From Chrysochromulina tobinii (Eukaryota), in the NCBI GenBank assembly GCA_001275005.1, contig JWZX01003352.1, positions 1-64,000 on the forward strand: a stretch of 64,000 nt of DNA. The letters are read 5' to 3'. Shown here piece after piece: positions 43,301-53,963 of the stretch (position 1 is the stretch's first letter; every line of letters starts with the position of its first letter). Below the pieces are notes generated by a model. It was given only the letters and a program-made list of their open reading frames with translations. It was not told the DNA's origin and searched no databases. The position numbers were made by a program, and so were the translations under genes.

Positions 43301-46300
43301 CGCACGGCCAACCCGTTGGCCCGATCATTGTGCTGGCATACAAGAACCACGCACTCGATGAAATCCTTCTCGATGTCAAAAGTCACTCTGCGCTCAACTG
43401 CAACTTGCCCGGTAGTCTGATCCGCTGTGGCAAGTCGGAAGATGAGCGGCTTTGGAAGCACGCTGAGCACTTTTCTGCCGAGGAAAAAACTTGGGAGCAC
43501 GCGTTGACGGAGCGCCTGAACAGCCTCCGACAGATGCGAAACTTTGGTCGAGATCTTCAAGACTTGAGCTCGCATCTGATGGTGAATGTGCCCGCCCTCC
43601 AACACGGCAGCGTCGAGGCGAGGAGCCAGCTGCTAGTCTGGCGCCCAAGCAAGGTGAGTATCGTCGAGACGGCAGTGGGAGCACTGTGCATGAGCATTGA
43701 AGTCATGAGCGCAGTGCTTGAGGCGCGAGAGGATCACGATGCAAGCACTGAAGCGTCAGGAACACAGGGCGAGTCTTGGCCCGACAGCAAGACCGCATAC
43801 CGCTTACTGGAATCCGCATGCAAGGCGTCGACCTCTCAGACAATCAACCGCATACCAGTGCGGAAGCTGTTGGCGTGCATGGAAAGACTCAGGGCAGAAG
43901 CCGAGCACTGGATCCTTCCAGGCGAAATGTCTACAGCGTCGCTTCTCCAGGCTTGGCTCAGCGGCCTGGACCCTCCGCCACGATGTATTGCGATCGAGAG
44001 CTCTGAAACTCCGATGATGACGAATGTGCGGTGCTTCGGGATCGCATGCAAGCCAGGTGGCTTCTGCTTTGATCTTCATGCGTGCAGGTCAAGAGGTTGC
44101 GACGCGCAGCGCACTACCGAGCCCTCGCGAGGGCTTGTGCCCTTCTGTGAGAAGCACCGTTGCCAAGCCACAGACAACTGCCCCAAAGAACAGCTCAGCT
44201 CTGCGCTTTTCTGCGAGATTCACAGCTGCAGAGCTTGTGTGCATTTCCACAAGGAAAACGGCCAACCAATTTTGATGGCCGACCCTCACGCATGTGTCGC
44301 GCACCGTTGCAATGTTCAGGGCTGCATCAAGCTTCAGCATGGCCCAAACTGCCGGTACTGCAACGATCACGTGTGCGACGCTTGCCTTCGAAGCCACAGC
44401 ACGAGCGTCATGCCTAGAGTTCCGGGATCTAAGTTTTGCTCGCAGCATCAGTGTACAGCGCAGGGCTGCACGAACCTTCGAATCCAAAACACGAGCGCAC
44501 TTCAGACACTATGCGACGCCCACGCGTGCGTCGTCTGCACTGGCATCCGCAAGCCGCTCGACCCGCAGATGCCACGGGCGCGCTTGTGCTTTGAGCATCG
44601 CTGCCAGTATGTACACGCATTCATCGGTGATGAATCTTCCAGCAACCTGCCCTGTGCTCAGCAGCGGTGCGGTGGCTCTTTCTTCTGCGCGGATCACTCG
44701 TGTAAGATCTGCTTGCAGCTGCCCTCCGTAGTAGATGTGGGTGCAGCATTCGAACCGCCACCGCGCAACGTCTGTGTGAAGCATCGCCTGTGCAGTTTTC
44801 AATATAGCAGCGGAGCGCGCTGCGTGGACATCGCTGATGGCGAACACTACTGCAAGCTGCATGAGCTCGAGCTCTCGAAGCGCACCTGCAATTCGGTGGC
44901 CACCGACAGCCCTGCTTTTGAGCAGATCTGTCACGGCACGACCAAAAAGAATAAACCGTGCAGAACAAGGGGTAAGGCGCCGATAGGTAAGGCGTTTTAT
45001 TGCGCTGCGCACGCCGACCAGGCCCCTGAGTCGGAGTCCGAAGAGGAGAGCGAGCAGGACACAGAGTCCGAGGAGGAGAAGGAGGAGGCTCCTCAGACGG
45101 GCCACAGCGTTGAGCCGACTGGTTGGATGAAGAGCTTCTTTAGCCTCGGCGTATCCAGGCAGGAGGAACTCGACCTGGCTCTCGCCCTCTCTGCGTCTCT
45201 CACCAACAGCCATCCAATCTTGGCGCCACTTGAGCTGATGCCGCCGCTGCGGACCCCGCCACCAGAGCCAGACCCACCAGAGCTGCCGGTCAAGGACGAT
45301 CCTACGCAGCCGAGCTCATCCACCTCGCGCGTGCCGTCAGGTCTTTCCGTCGAAGCTTCGGAGGCGCCTTCTACCTCTGGCATTCTTGTAGCAGACCAAG
45401 ATCCCTTTGAAGCAACCTTGGAGGCTCATGACACTGATTTCAATCGAAGCACATATCTCGATCCGGATGAGCTCGATCTTGACGATTACGAGAGCTCCGC
45501 CTCGAACGAGGAGCAACAACGGCTACGAGAGGTACTCGGGGAGTGCGATGTGATCTCTGAAGCAGGCTCAGATGGAGCAGGCAGCTTCTCTTCCGTAAAT
45601 GTTCTCGAACCGGACTTGGACTTAAAGGGGACTGTGGAAGGGCAGCTGCTCGAAGAGCTTGCCAGTGCCGTTCTCGAGTGGTCGTGGAAGATGGCGGTCG
45701 ACCATCGGTGGCTAGCAGCATCGAGATTCGTTCAGAAGATGAGCGACATCGTCAACGTTCTGCGAGGTACGCTTGCCATCCGCTCACACTTCGTGCACAT
45801 GTTGAAGCGCTCACCTCCAGCTGCATGGTGTGTCTCTGTGTGGCAGATCAAGCAGAGCCTCTCCTCGATGAAGCGAGGCAGGGACGCGCTGAGGCGTCCG
45901 CCCAGACGTTCAAGAACGCCCAGATCATTGGTTCAACTGTCGTAGGAGCGGCGCGACGGCTCAGTGCACTGCGTGCCGCCGAGCCCTTTGCTGTAATAGT
46001 TGAGGAGGCGTGCGAGGTGATGGAGCCGACACTCATGTCGGTGCTCTCGGTGCCGTCGCTGCAGAAGCTCGAGCAGGTGGGTGACCACCGCCAGTTGCCC
46101 GCTTTCATTCAACAGTGCTGGTTCAACCTCGAGATGACCATGCCGGCGCTCAAGGTGTCGCTTTTTGAACGGCTCGTTACGGGCGGGCAGACATCTCGCG
46201 AGCGCCACGGCCATCGTGACGAAAGGGCGCGCTCCGTCGCGTCATTCGATGTGCTCGAGGAGCAGTGGCGCATGCGTCCCGCCATCTCCGACCTCACACG

Positions 46301-49300
46301 GGGTCATTATGCAGATTTGGTCTTGATCAAGGATCATGCGCGCACGGTCTCCCAGCGCATTGGCGACCGCGTCGTGGTGGCGACTTCGAGCGAGTCCCTG
46401 GAGCGAGATACATGGCACACTCGAGGTCGGCTTGTGCCCGGTATTGTGCCGCAGGTCTACTTCTGGGACCTACCAAACAATGCGGTTGGCAGGCCTGTGG
46501 CCGGCCTCTCCGCATGCAATTACGTCGAGGCAAATGCCATTGCTTCAGCCGTCAAGTACCTGGTCACCCTATGTGGCGTGCCGCCGTCGACCATCTCGAT
46601 CATCACACCGTACAAGGGGCAGCGGACGGCTATCATGAAGGCGCTTCAATCGAACGGAGCCCTTCCCAAGCCGACCTACCACGGCAAGGGCGGCAAGGGC
46701 GGCAAGGGCGGCAAGGGAGGCCGAAGCGGTGGCCGCGGCACCGGCGGCCGGGGAGGCGGCATTGATACGGACGAACAGATCACCGTGTCGACTGTGGATC
46801 GGTACCAGGGTGACGAGAACGACATTGTCTTCCTGTCGCTCGTGCGCACAACGCCCGGCAACCGTTTCGTCGGTCTCGTGAACCGCTTTATCGTCGCCAC
46901 GTCACGCGCGCGTATTGCCTTCTTTATCTTCGGCTCGACCGCAGCAGTTGAGAAGAGCAAGGAGAAGGGCGGTCGCGGGCTAGAGCACTGGTGTGGGATG
47001 CTGGATGGCCTGCGCGAGGGCAACGAGGATCTCGCTCAGGCATGCGAGCCGTGTGAGACCAGCCGCGGCGTGGGTAGCGCCTTCCCCATCTGCTGTCCGC
47101 GTCATCCGCAGACGCGCCGGGATATCACTTGTGTGTGCAGCGAGGCAAAGTGTCTGTTGGTGCACTTCCCAGGCCGTCACGTGCAGAATGACGGACCGCG
47201 GCGCGCTGAGGAAGACGAGTCGTTCTGCATGCTGCACTGTGAGCACAAGCTCGAGTGGTGCGGTCATCAGTGCGGCCTCCCTTGTCACTCTCCTATTCGT
47301 GCGAAGCACTCATCAGCAAGCAACTGCGTCCACGCGGTCAAAAGCCCGTGCGAGCTGCACGCCAACGTACAGCTGCGATGCGGCAAGCTCTACGACAGCG
47401 CTCGCGTGATTTACGGTCCGATCCCGATGAGCTTTCAAGAGGTACTTCAACCAACGAGATTCCGCTGCGAAGTTCAGGTGGAGCATCGACGTGCCGAGTG
47501 CTCTCATAGCATTCAGATGAACTGCTGGGAGCGACAGCGAGTGCTCGCAGGTACCGTTACGCTACCACCCTGCGAGGTTAAAGTCGCCGACTGGCATCAC
47601 CCGGCGTGCAACCATGTCACGAAGCAGCCCTCGTGCAGCGATCGACGCCGCTGGGAAGCCGAGCCGCCTGACTGTCAGCAGCTGACGACACTTACAAAGC
47701 CGTGCGGGTGCACTGCCAAGCTCAAGTGCTTTGAGCGTGGGCGCGAGGGGGCGACGAGGTGTGTTGAAGCTGTCACCATGTGTCGCCCAAGATGCTCCCA
47801 TCAGCTGTCGCTGCGATGCTTCGAGCGGAAGGCTTTTGGCGAGCTTTGGGAGAATGAGGACGCGGAGAGTGTGACGTGTGCGGAGGCCAAAGGCGAACCG
47901 GCGGTTGTGGTGCGCTTCGACCAGTTGTATGGCCGCTCGGAAGCGCAGCTCGCTAGACTCATTCCGAATGCGATGACACATGTGTCCGAGTGCAAAGTAC
48001 TCGTGACATACGTAATGCCATGTGGCCACCGTATTCCCAACGTGCCTTGTGCTACCGCGTTCCGCTGGGCCGACAAGTCGGACCCAGAGCAGCCACCGTG
48101 CTGCAACGAAATCGTGCGGTTCACGAGCCCCATCTGCGGCCACGAAGTCAAGGCGCCGTGCTGGGTCCAGGCTGACCAATCATGGAAAGACTTTCTAATC
48201 CACACCGGCGAGACCGACAGCTCTGGTGTGCGTATGCTGCCTGAGGGCTTTCTGCAAGAGCTCGATAGAAGGATCTCACGTGGTTCTCTCCCGCCGGCGA
48301 TCTTGAAGATCGCACGTGGCTGGTGCGAAAAGTACGTCACGGTGCGCCGCCATTGCACGCACGAGTCGCAGGTGCAGTGTAGCAGAGTCCTCTCGGTAGA
48401 TCGTCTGCCCAAGTGCACGGCGATGGTTCCACGACGTCTGGACGCTTGCGGCCACAATGTATCTGTCGAATGCCACCGCTCAAGTGACGAGCTGCCCGAG
48501 TGCCAGATGGTGGATAATACGCCTTTCTGGTTCGCGTGCAACAGGCACAGCACAACTCCCGGCAGCTGCTTCAAGCTGCGCCGAATAAAGCTCGAGGCAC
48601 CACTGTGTAACTCGGATGTACGATGCGCCCGGTATCGCTGCGGGCATAGCGCGATGCTCCCGTGCAAGCTCGAGGCGGGGGCAGTCGCAGCGCAGCCGGG
48701 CAAGCGCCTTGAGGAGGGCGCGAAAGTGCTGGCGGGCGTGCAGTAGTGCCCGGTTCCAGAGGGTGTGCCAGCGTGCGACGCGCTCGTTACTTTCTGTACC
48801 GAATGCGGCCATGAGAAGGACGTGCCGTGTAGCCTCGCGTTTCGATGGGCCGCCGCTCCTGAAGAGGTACCGCCGTGCGATTCGCTTGTCGAAACGTGCA
48901 GCCCTCTCTGCGGCCACTCCCTCAGTATGAGGTGCCATGACGCAAAAACGATGCCGGATCTTGCGCAAGCGCTCTGGGCTGCGGAGGCGAAGCCGTGGGG
49001 GCAGCAGCCGAAACAGTTCCTGAGGTTCGATGCCGATGATGCGTCAACCGAGACTATTGTCATCGATGAGGACACGCCACAGCCCACCGGACTCGACTCG
49101 CTCACTCCAAGGCAGCGCGGGCTGCTCCTGTGCAACAGTACCATCGCCATCAGCCGTCCGTGCGGGCACCAGCAGCAGGTACCGTGCATGGAGGCGCTCA
49201 AGAGGCTAACCACGGGCCAGTGCGAACACTTAGTGAGTGTTGCTTGCGAAGACTGCGGAACAGAATCACTCGAACCATGCCACAGAGCTATTGCAATTGA

Positions 49301-51602
49301 GTTGGGCACCGTCCAGCACATATGTCAACAGCTGATCACGAAGGTCTGCATGACTTGCTTCATCAACGAGCAGTCCGTTTCTTGCTCTGTGCGCCATACG
49401 AGCTGCGCACGCGAGGTGACGGCGCAGCTCGGTTGCGGTCATTCCATCAGCTGGCGCTGCGGCGAAGATGCCGATCCTCGCATCGATAACAGCCAGGCCT
49501 GCTCAGAATGCACGCTCTCACGGTGGATGCTCGAGGACAAGAGCCCGCATCTGACTGTCAGTCTTGACCAGCTGCGCGGTTTTGCCATGTCTGCTCTGCA
49601 CCCGCACCCCACTGTGGAACATAAACCGCTCGAACCATCTTTCAAGCCGCTTCTGAATTGGCACGAGGGCATGAGACGCGCGCAGCGCAAGATCGTGAGC
49701 ACATATGTTGACTTGATTCGGGCCAGCATCGAGAATGGTGAGATGTGGGACAGCGATCGAGCAGAGCCACCAGACCTCTCGGATCTTAAGAGCTACCAAC
49801 CAGTTTTCTGTCGCTTAAGGGCAGATCGAAAGGATGATGAACAGATTTTGTGTTTCTTTCAGCAGCAAGACACGCGATATGGCACGGGAGTTCAGATCTT
49901 GCCTCTGACAACTGACAATATGAAGGCGTACACCGCCGAGGAGGACCTCTCGCTTCGAATTTGTGTTGGTGTCGCGTTTGGATTCTCACCTCTCGTTGGC
50001 ACAGCGCCATTCAAGCAGGCACTAGCACCAGGTTCAAAATCCAAGGTCAAAAAGGGTGCTGCAAACGATAATCTAGTGAAGGCAAACAGACACGCGTTCA
50101 ATGCTCAGCAGCGCGGTTATGATTACGTCATCCCGTCTTCTGGTGACCAGAAAATGGACTCCTCGCGCATCTACTGGCTACCAGGCTCGGTGATTCCGCT
50201 CTCAATTGTGACGATCAGGATTCACCGCTCGTGTGCATCTTGCAAGAAGAGCAACTTTATCAGCACAGACGGCGCTCCTGGCATCGACACTGATGAGATG
50301 CTTTGTGATTTCTTGTGTCATAGCTGCCGACGTGACTGCTTCGTGTGCGTTAGGAGCTTCGCCGCAGCCGCGGGCCTTGAGTGTCGTGACAAGCACTTTG
50401 TTTGCCGTGCCTGCCTGCAGCGCCACTGCGCGCAACTGTGCTCACAGCCAGATCACTTCGCAGCGCATGCCGGTATCACCTGCCCTTTCACCACATGTGG
50501 CGAGTCGTTTGCGGAGAGCGTCCTCGCGAAATGCGTCGCACAGGCTACGATGGATGAGGTACTTAAGGCAAAGCAAGCAGGGCTTGAGCGGCAGTTCGAG
50601 GCGGTTACAAAGGCGCAGGAAGAACTGTATCGAGATCAGCTGCATCAGGCAGAGCGTCAGAAGGCCGAGGCGGAGAGAGCAGGGGCCAAGGCCACAAAGG
50701 AGCGTGATGAGCTTCGCATCGCCCGCGCCATGCCAGACTACTGGGAGAAGCGAATTGCGACCAGTTCGCTGGATGGCCTCGCCGCGATTGCCCTCGACCG
50801 CACTGGCCGCGACCGTAGCACTTGGGCCGCACTCGAGCGGCTGCTGCAGACCGACCCAGTGAAGCTGAAACAGAGCGGTGCCGATCGACGGGCCCCCGTC
50901 ACGCACGACCGGCTGGAGCTCGCGTGCGCGTGGCGCCTCGAGAACCCGTCGCTGTGGGAAAAGTATATGAGCGGCGTGCAGGGTGTGATGAACGACATGA
51001 AGCGCATCCGGCAGGGGCGAGTGGCATCCGCGGGCGGCGCGCCGCCCCTTACATGCCGCGTAGCGGACGCCTTACCCGGCGACCTGCGCGTGGACGTCAA
51101 TGAGGCCTTCCTGATGCACGGCACGAACGCCGGCGTGCTCATCAATATCCTCTCCACGGGCATGAACGAGCGCTTCGCCGGCACGGCCGCCGGAGCTGCA
51201 TACGGCGAGGGCTCCTACCTGGCCGAGGACGCGGGCAAGAATGACCAGTACACCAAGGTGGATCAGCAGTACGATGGGAGCTCGGAGCTGCACAAGCGGC
51301 TGTACGCGCATGGCGCGCGCCACCCGGGCATGGTCTTCTACATCCTCGTGTGCCGCGTGGCGCTCGGTCATCAAGTGCGCACGCAGGAGCATGGGCCGTT
51401 AGCAACGAGTTCCGATACGGGTCGACGCGTGTTCCCCATCTCGTTCCGCGAGCTCGATACGGTGGCCGGCGTCTCTCCACCCGTGCATCACCACTCGCTG
51501 CTTGCCGACGTCATCGGCATTGGCAGGCGCTACCGCGAGTACATCGTCTTCCACTCTGAGTACATCTACCCCGAGTACCTGCTGGCCTACCAGCGGTACT
51601 AG
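40391..51602 (+). CDS. Giant ZNFX1-like SF1 (UPF1-type) helicase with Cys/His repeats, UIM, RGG box, RING and C-terminal PARP catalytic domain; introns 41663-41757 and 45767-45846; in-frame TAG at 48744-48746
   Basis: QGPPGTGKS, LAYKNHALDE, IVEEACEV, GDHRQLP, SLFERL, QWRMRPAI, IITPYKGQ, TVDRYQGDEND, VATSRAR; many CGH/CxxH repeats; RING-like CFVC...CRDKHFVCRAC...CPFTTC; PARP motifs FLMHGT, YGEGSYLA, DQY, CRVALG, REYIVF, YPEYL. Two GT-AG introns join the frames. Confidence 0.85.
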
Positions 51603-52001
51603 TGCAACCTTGGGCCGATGGCATGAGTGTGGCGAGTGAGTGTGGGCGCGCTAGAGTGACTGTGCAGTGTCTGGAACGCTGATCATGACCGCGCGGCGGT
51701 ATGAGGTATGTGAAGACGATGAAGTTCGACAGTTCTTCTCCCGCGCGGCGCGCCAGGGCCACAACTTAATGTTATTCCATCGCTCCGCTGAAGCTCGTCA
51801 CGGCGTCCGTCTAAAGTTGTTCAACATGCAAGCGGCCGCTGAAGCCGTGAAGCGATTCAAAGCCCAAAGCGGCCGCCTCCTTTCATTGGTTTGACCTCAA
51901 CCCTCTATTCGGGCGCACAGCAGCAGCAGCATAACAGCAGCAGCCAAGGCAGTCCATGCGACACGCCGTTAAACAGTCACGCTGCACCATTTTACCTTCT
52001 T

Positions 52002-52270
52002 TACCCAAGGGGGTATAGGCTAGGGGAGGGATTAATATCTGGATTTGCACCCATTCCTCATTACCCTGATTTCAAACTGTGTGAGTGATTTACCCAAGGG
52101 GGTAGGGGAGGGATTAATAATAAATCTGGATTTGCACCCTCCACCCATTCCTCATTAATATACCCTGATTTCAAACTGAGTGACCTGCTCTTCCATGGAG
52201 TTGCCCAGATCAGGCTGTTATCAGGCTGTGCCCAACATCCAATCCGAAGGGATCTCCATGAAAGAGCAGG
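52002..52270. repeat. AT-richer imperfect direct repeat of about 90 bp plus a 17-bp inverted repeat
   Basis: tacccaagggggta...gatttcaaactg at about 52002-52088 and 52091-52183; cctgctcttccatggag (52184-52200) pairs with ctccatgaaagagcagg (52254-52270). Confidence 0.8.
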
Positions 52271-52478
52271 AGTTTCCCTCCACCAGCCCACTTCGAGTGG
52301 CTAACGAGTGGCGCGTGGCAGCGTAAACCGTAATACCGCAAGATCCAAGAACCGGATCGTGTGTACTTGTAAATCGTACTTGTATATCGTTTTGTTGTGT
52401 AGAGCGGTCGACCCGGACTACGTCCATGTATGCATGCAACCTCCTGGAATTCCCCCAGCTCCTGCCCTCCTCCCTCGA

Positions 52479-53834
52479 TCAATCCTCATCCTCCTCATCC
52501 TCCTCGCCGTCATCGGACGCGATCGCGAGGTTCGCGTAATTGCCCGCCGGGTAGATGACCTTGGCGACCACCTCCCACTCTATTCGGAAGACTGCCCAGA
52601 CGTGGCGGCGAAGGATCTCGATGACCTCAAAGAAGAGCATGCCGAGCCCGCGCCCGGGCACCCCGCCAAAGACAGAGAGCGCCCACGCGAAGCGCAACAC
52701 CAGGTCGAAGACGCATAGGAGGATGTAGACGCTCTTGGAGCGTGTCACGAGAAGCGGCTCGCGCATGGCGCACACAGCGGCCGGCCCACCGCAGTACGCG
52801 GACCCGGTCTCATCGGGGTACCGGCCGCCGAGGTTGGCGCGCCGGAAGAGCCCCCAGTCCATGTGAACGTCCCAGATCAAGCAATACGTCGACTGCACGA
52901 CCGCACAGAGGATGAAGAGCTGCTCGTGGAATGCGGACGGCTCATGCTTCTTGAGGTAGCCCGCGTAGACGAGCGGGAAGGCGGTCGAGTACTTGAGGGC
53001 GTTCCACAGGTTCTTGACCTCGCGCGTCTCCGAGTACACCCGGAGGCATTGCATCAGGCGCCACCAAAAAGGAAGAGCCAGGAAGATTCCGTTCACGGGC
53101 GAGTCGGCGCACGACTTGTACGACTGGTGCCAGAGCGTCGTGGTGCGCGCATAGTTGCCCTCGCCGTCCGCATCGCCCAGAAAGATGCCCGAGGAGATGC
53201 ACATGGTGATCTGCAGGTCAGACATCGCCTTGGCCAGCGACGTCAGGTAGTCCGCAACGATCACGTGCCAGAAGGTCACGGGCGCAAACGGCGCGATCAA
53301 GGACTCGAAGAGAGTGCGAAGCAGCGAGAGGCGCGAGTCGCCATAGAAGAGGTTGCACGGGAGCGCGCCGATCAGGAAGAAGGCGACATTCAGCGCGCAG
53401 TTGGACACCAGCCATGGCCTCCATGTGACGCCCGGCGTCTCGGAGGCCCAAAAGTGTAGCAGATGGGCAGCAAGCAAGAGGCACAGCAGCTGCAGGGCCG
53501 CGTGGTAAGTGGCCCCGGGCATCTGCACCGGACCACCGAGGACATGGTCAACCTCCAGTCGCGCAGCCTGGCACACGCTGATCACCCAGCCCCAGCCGCC
53601 CACCACGAGCACGATGAGCAGCGGCGGCCGCACGGTGGCATTCTTCCAAAAGAGCTTAGAGAGCACGGTGTACAGGCTTGGCGTGTGGATCTCGTCGTGC
53701 AAATTGACAACTAGAAGCGCTAACATTAGCGTCACGAGAAGGATCGCGGTCACTGTGGCGGTGGGGCTCATCGTGATCAAATTTCCTAAATTGGCTTCTT
53801 GCCTCCAGGGAGAGAGGACAGGAGGTGCAGTCAT
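52479..53834 (-). CDS. EXS-family (ERD1/XPR1/SYG1) membrane protein without SPX domain
   Basis: APVTFWHVIVADYLTSLAK, LPFWWRLMQCLR, LWNALKYS, WDVHMDWGL, DLVLRFAW, EILRRHVWAVFRIEWE. Confidence 0.9.
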   Translation of the reverse strand: MTAPPVLSPWRQEANLGNLITMSPTATVTAILLVTLMLALLVVNLHDEIHTPSLYTVLSKLFWKNATVRPPLLIVLVVGGWGWVISVCQAARLEVDHVLGGPVQMPGATYHAALQLLCLLLAAHLLHFWASETPGVTWRPWLVSNCALNVAFFLIGALPCNLFYGDSRLSLLRTLFESLIAPFAPVTFWHVIVADYLTSLAKAMSDLQITMCISSGIFLGDADGEGNYARTTTLWHQSYKSCADSPVNGIFLALPFWWRLMQCLRVYSETREVKNLWNALKYSTAFPLVYAGYLKKHEPSAFHEQLFILCAVVQSTYCLIWDVHMDWGLFRRANLGGRYPDETGSAYCGGPAAVCAMREPLLVTRSKSVYILLCVFDLVLRFAWALSVFGGVPGRGLGMLFFEVIEILRRHVWAVFRIEWEVVAKVIYPAGNYANLAIASDDGEEDEEDED

Positions 53835-53963
53835 GTTTGTCGGGTGTGACTATGGAAGTTCGAACAGACCAGTCTTGGAGATTTCCGTGCAAAACGCCGT
53901 TGCGGCGGCGATCAAGGAGGAACGTGGTCACGGCAATTTCATCACCACACAAAATCCAACTTC

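Noticed and set aside
48744..52270. Selenocysteine recoding of the helicase stop by the downstream hairpin
   Set aside because: The stop is TAG, not TGA, and I could not identify SECIS core features in the hairpin.
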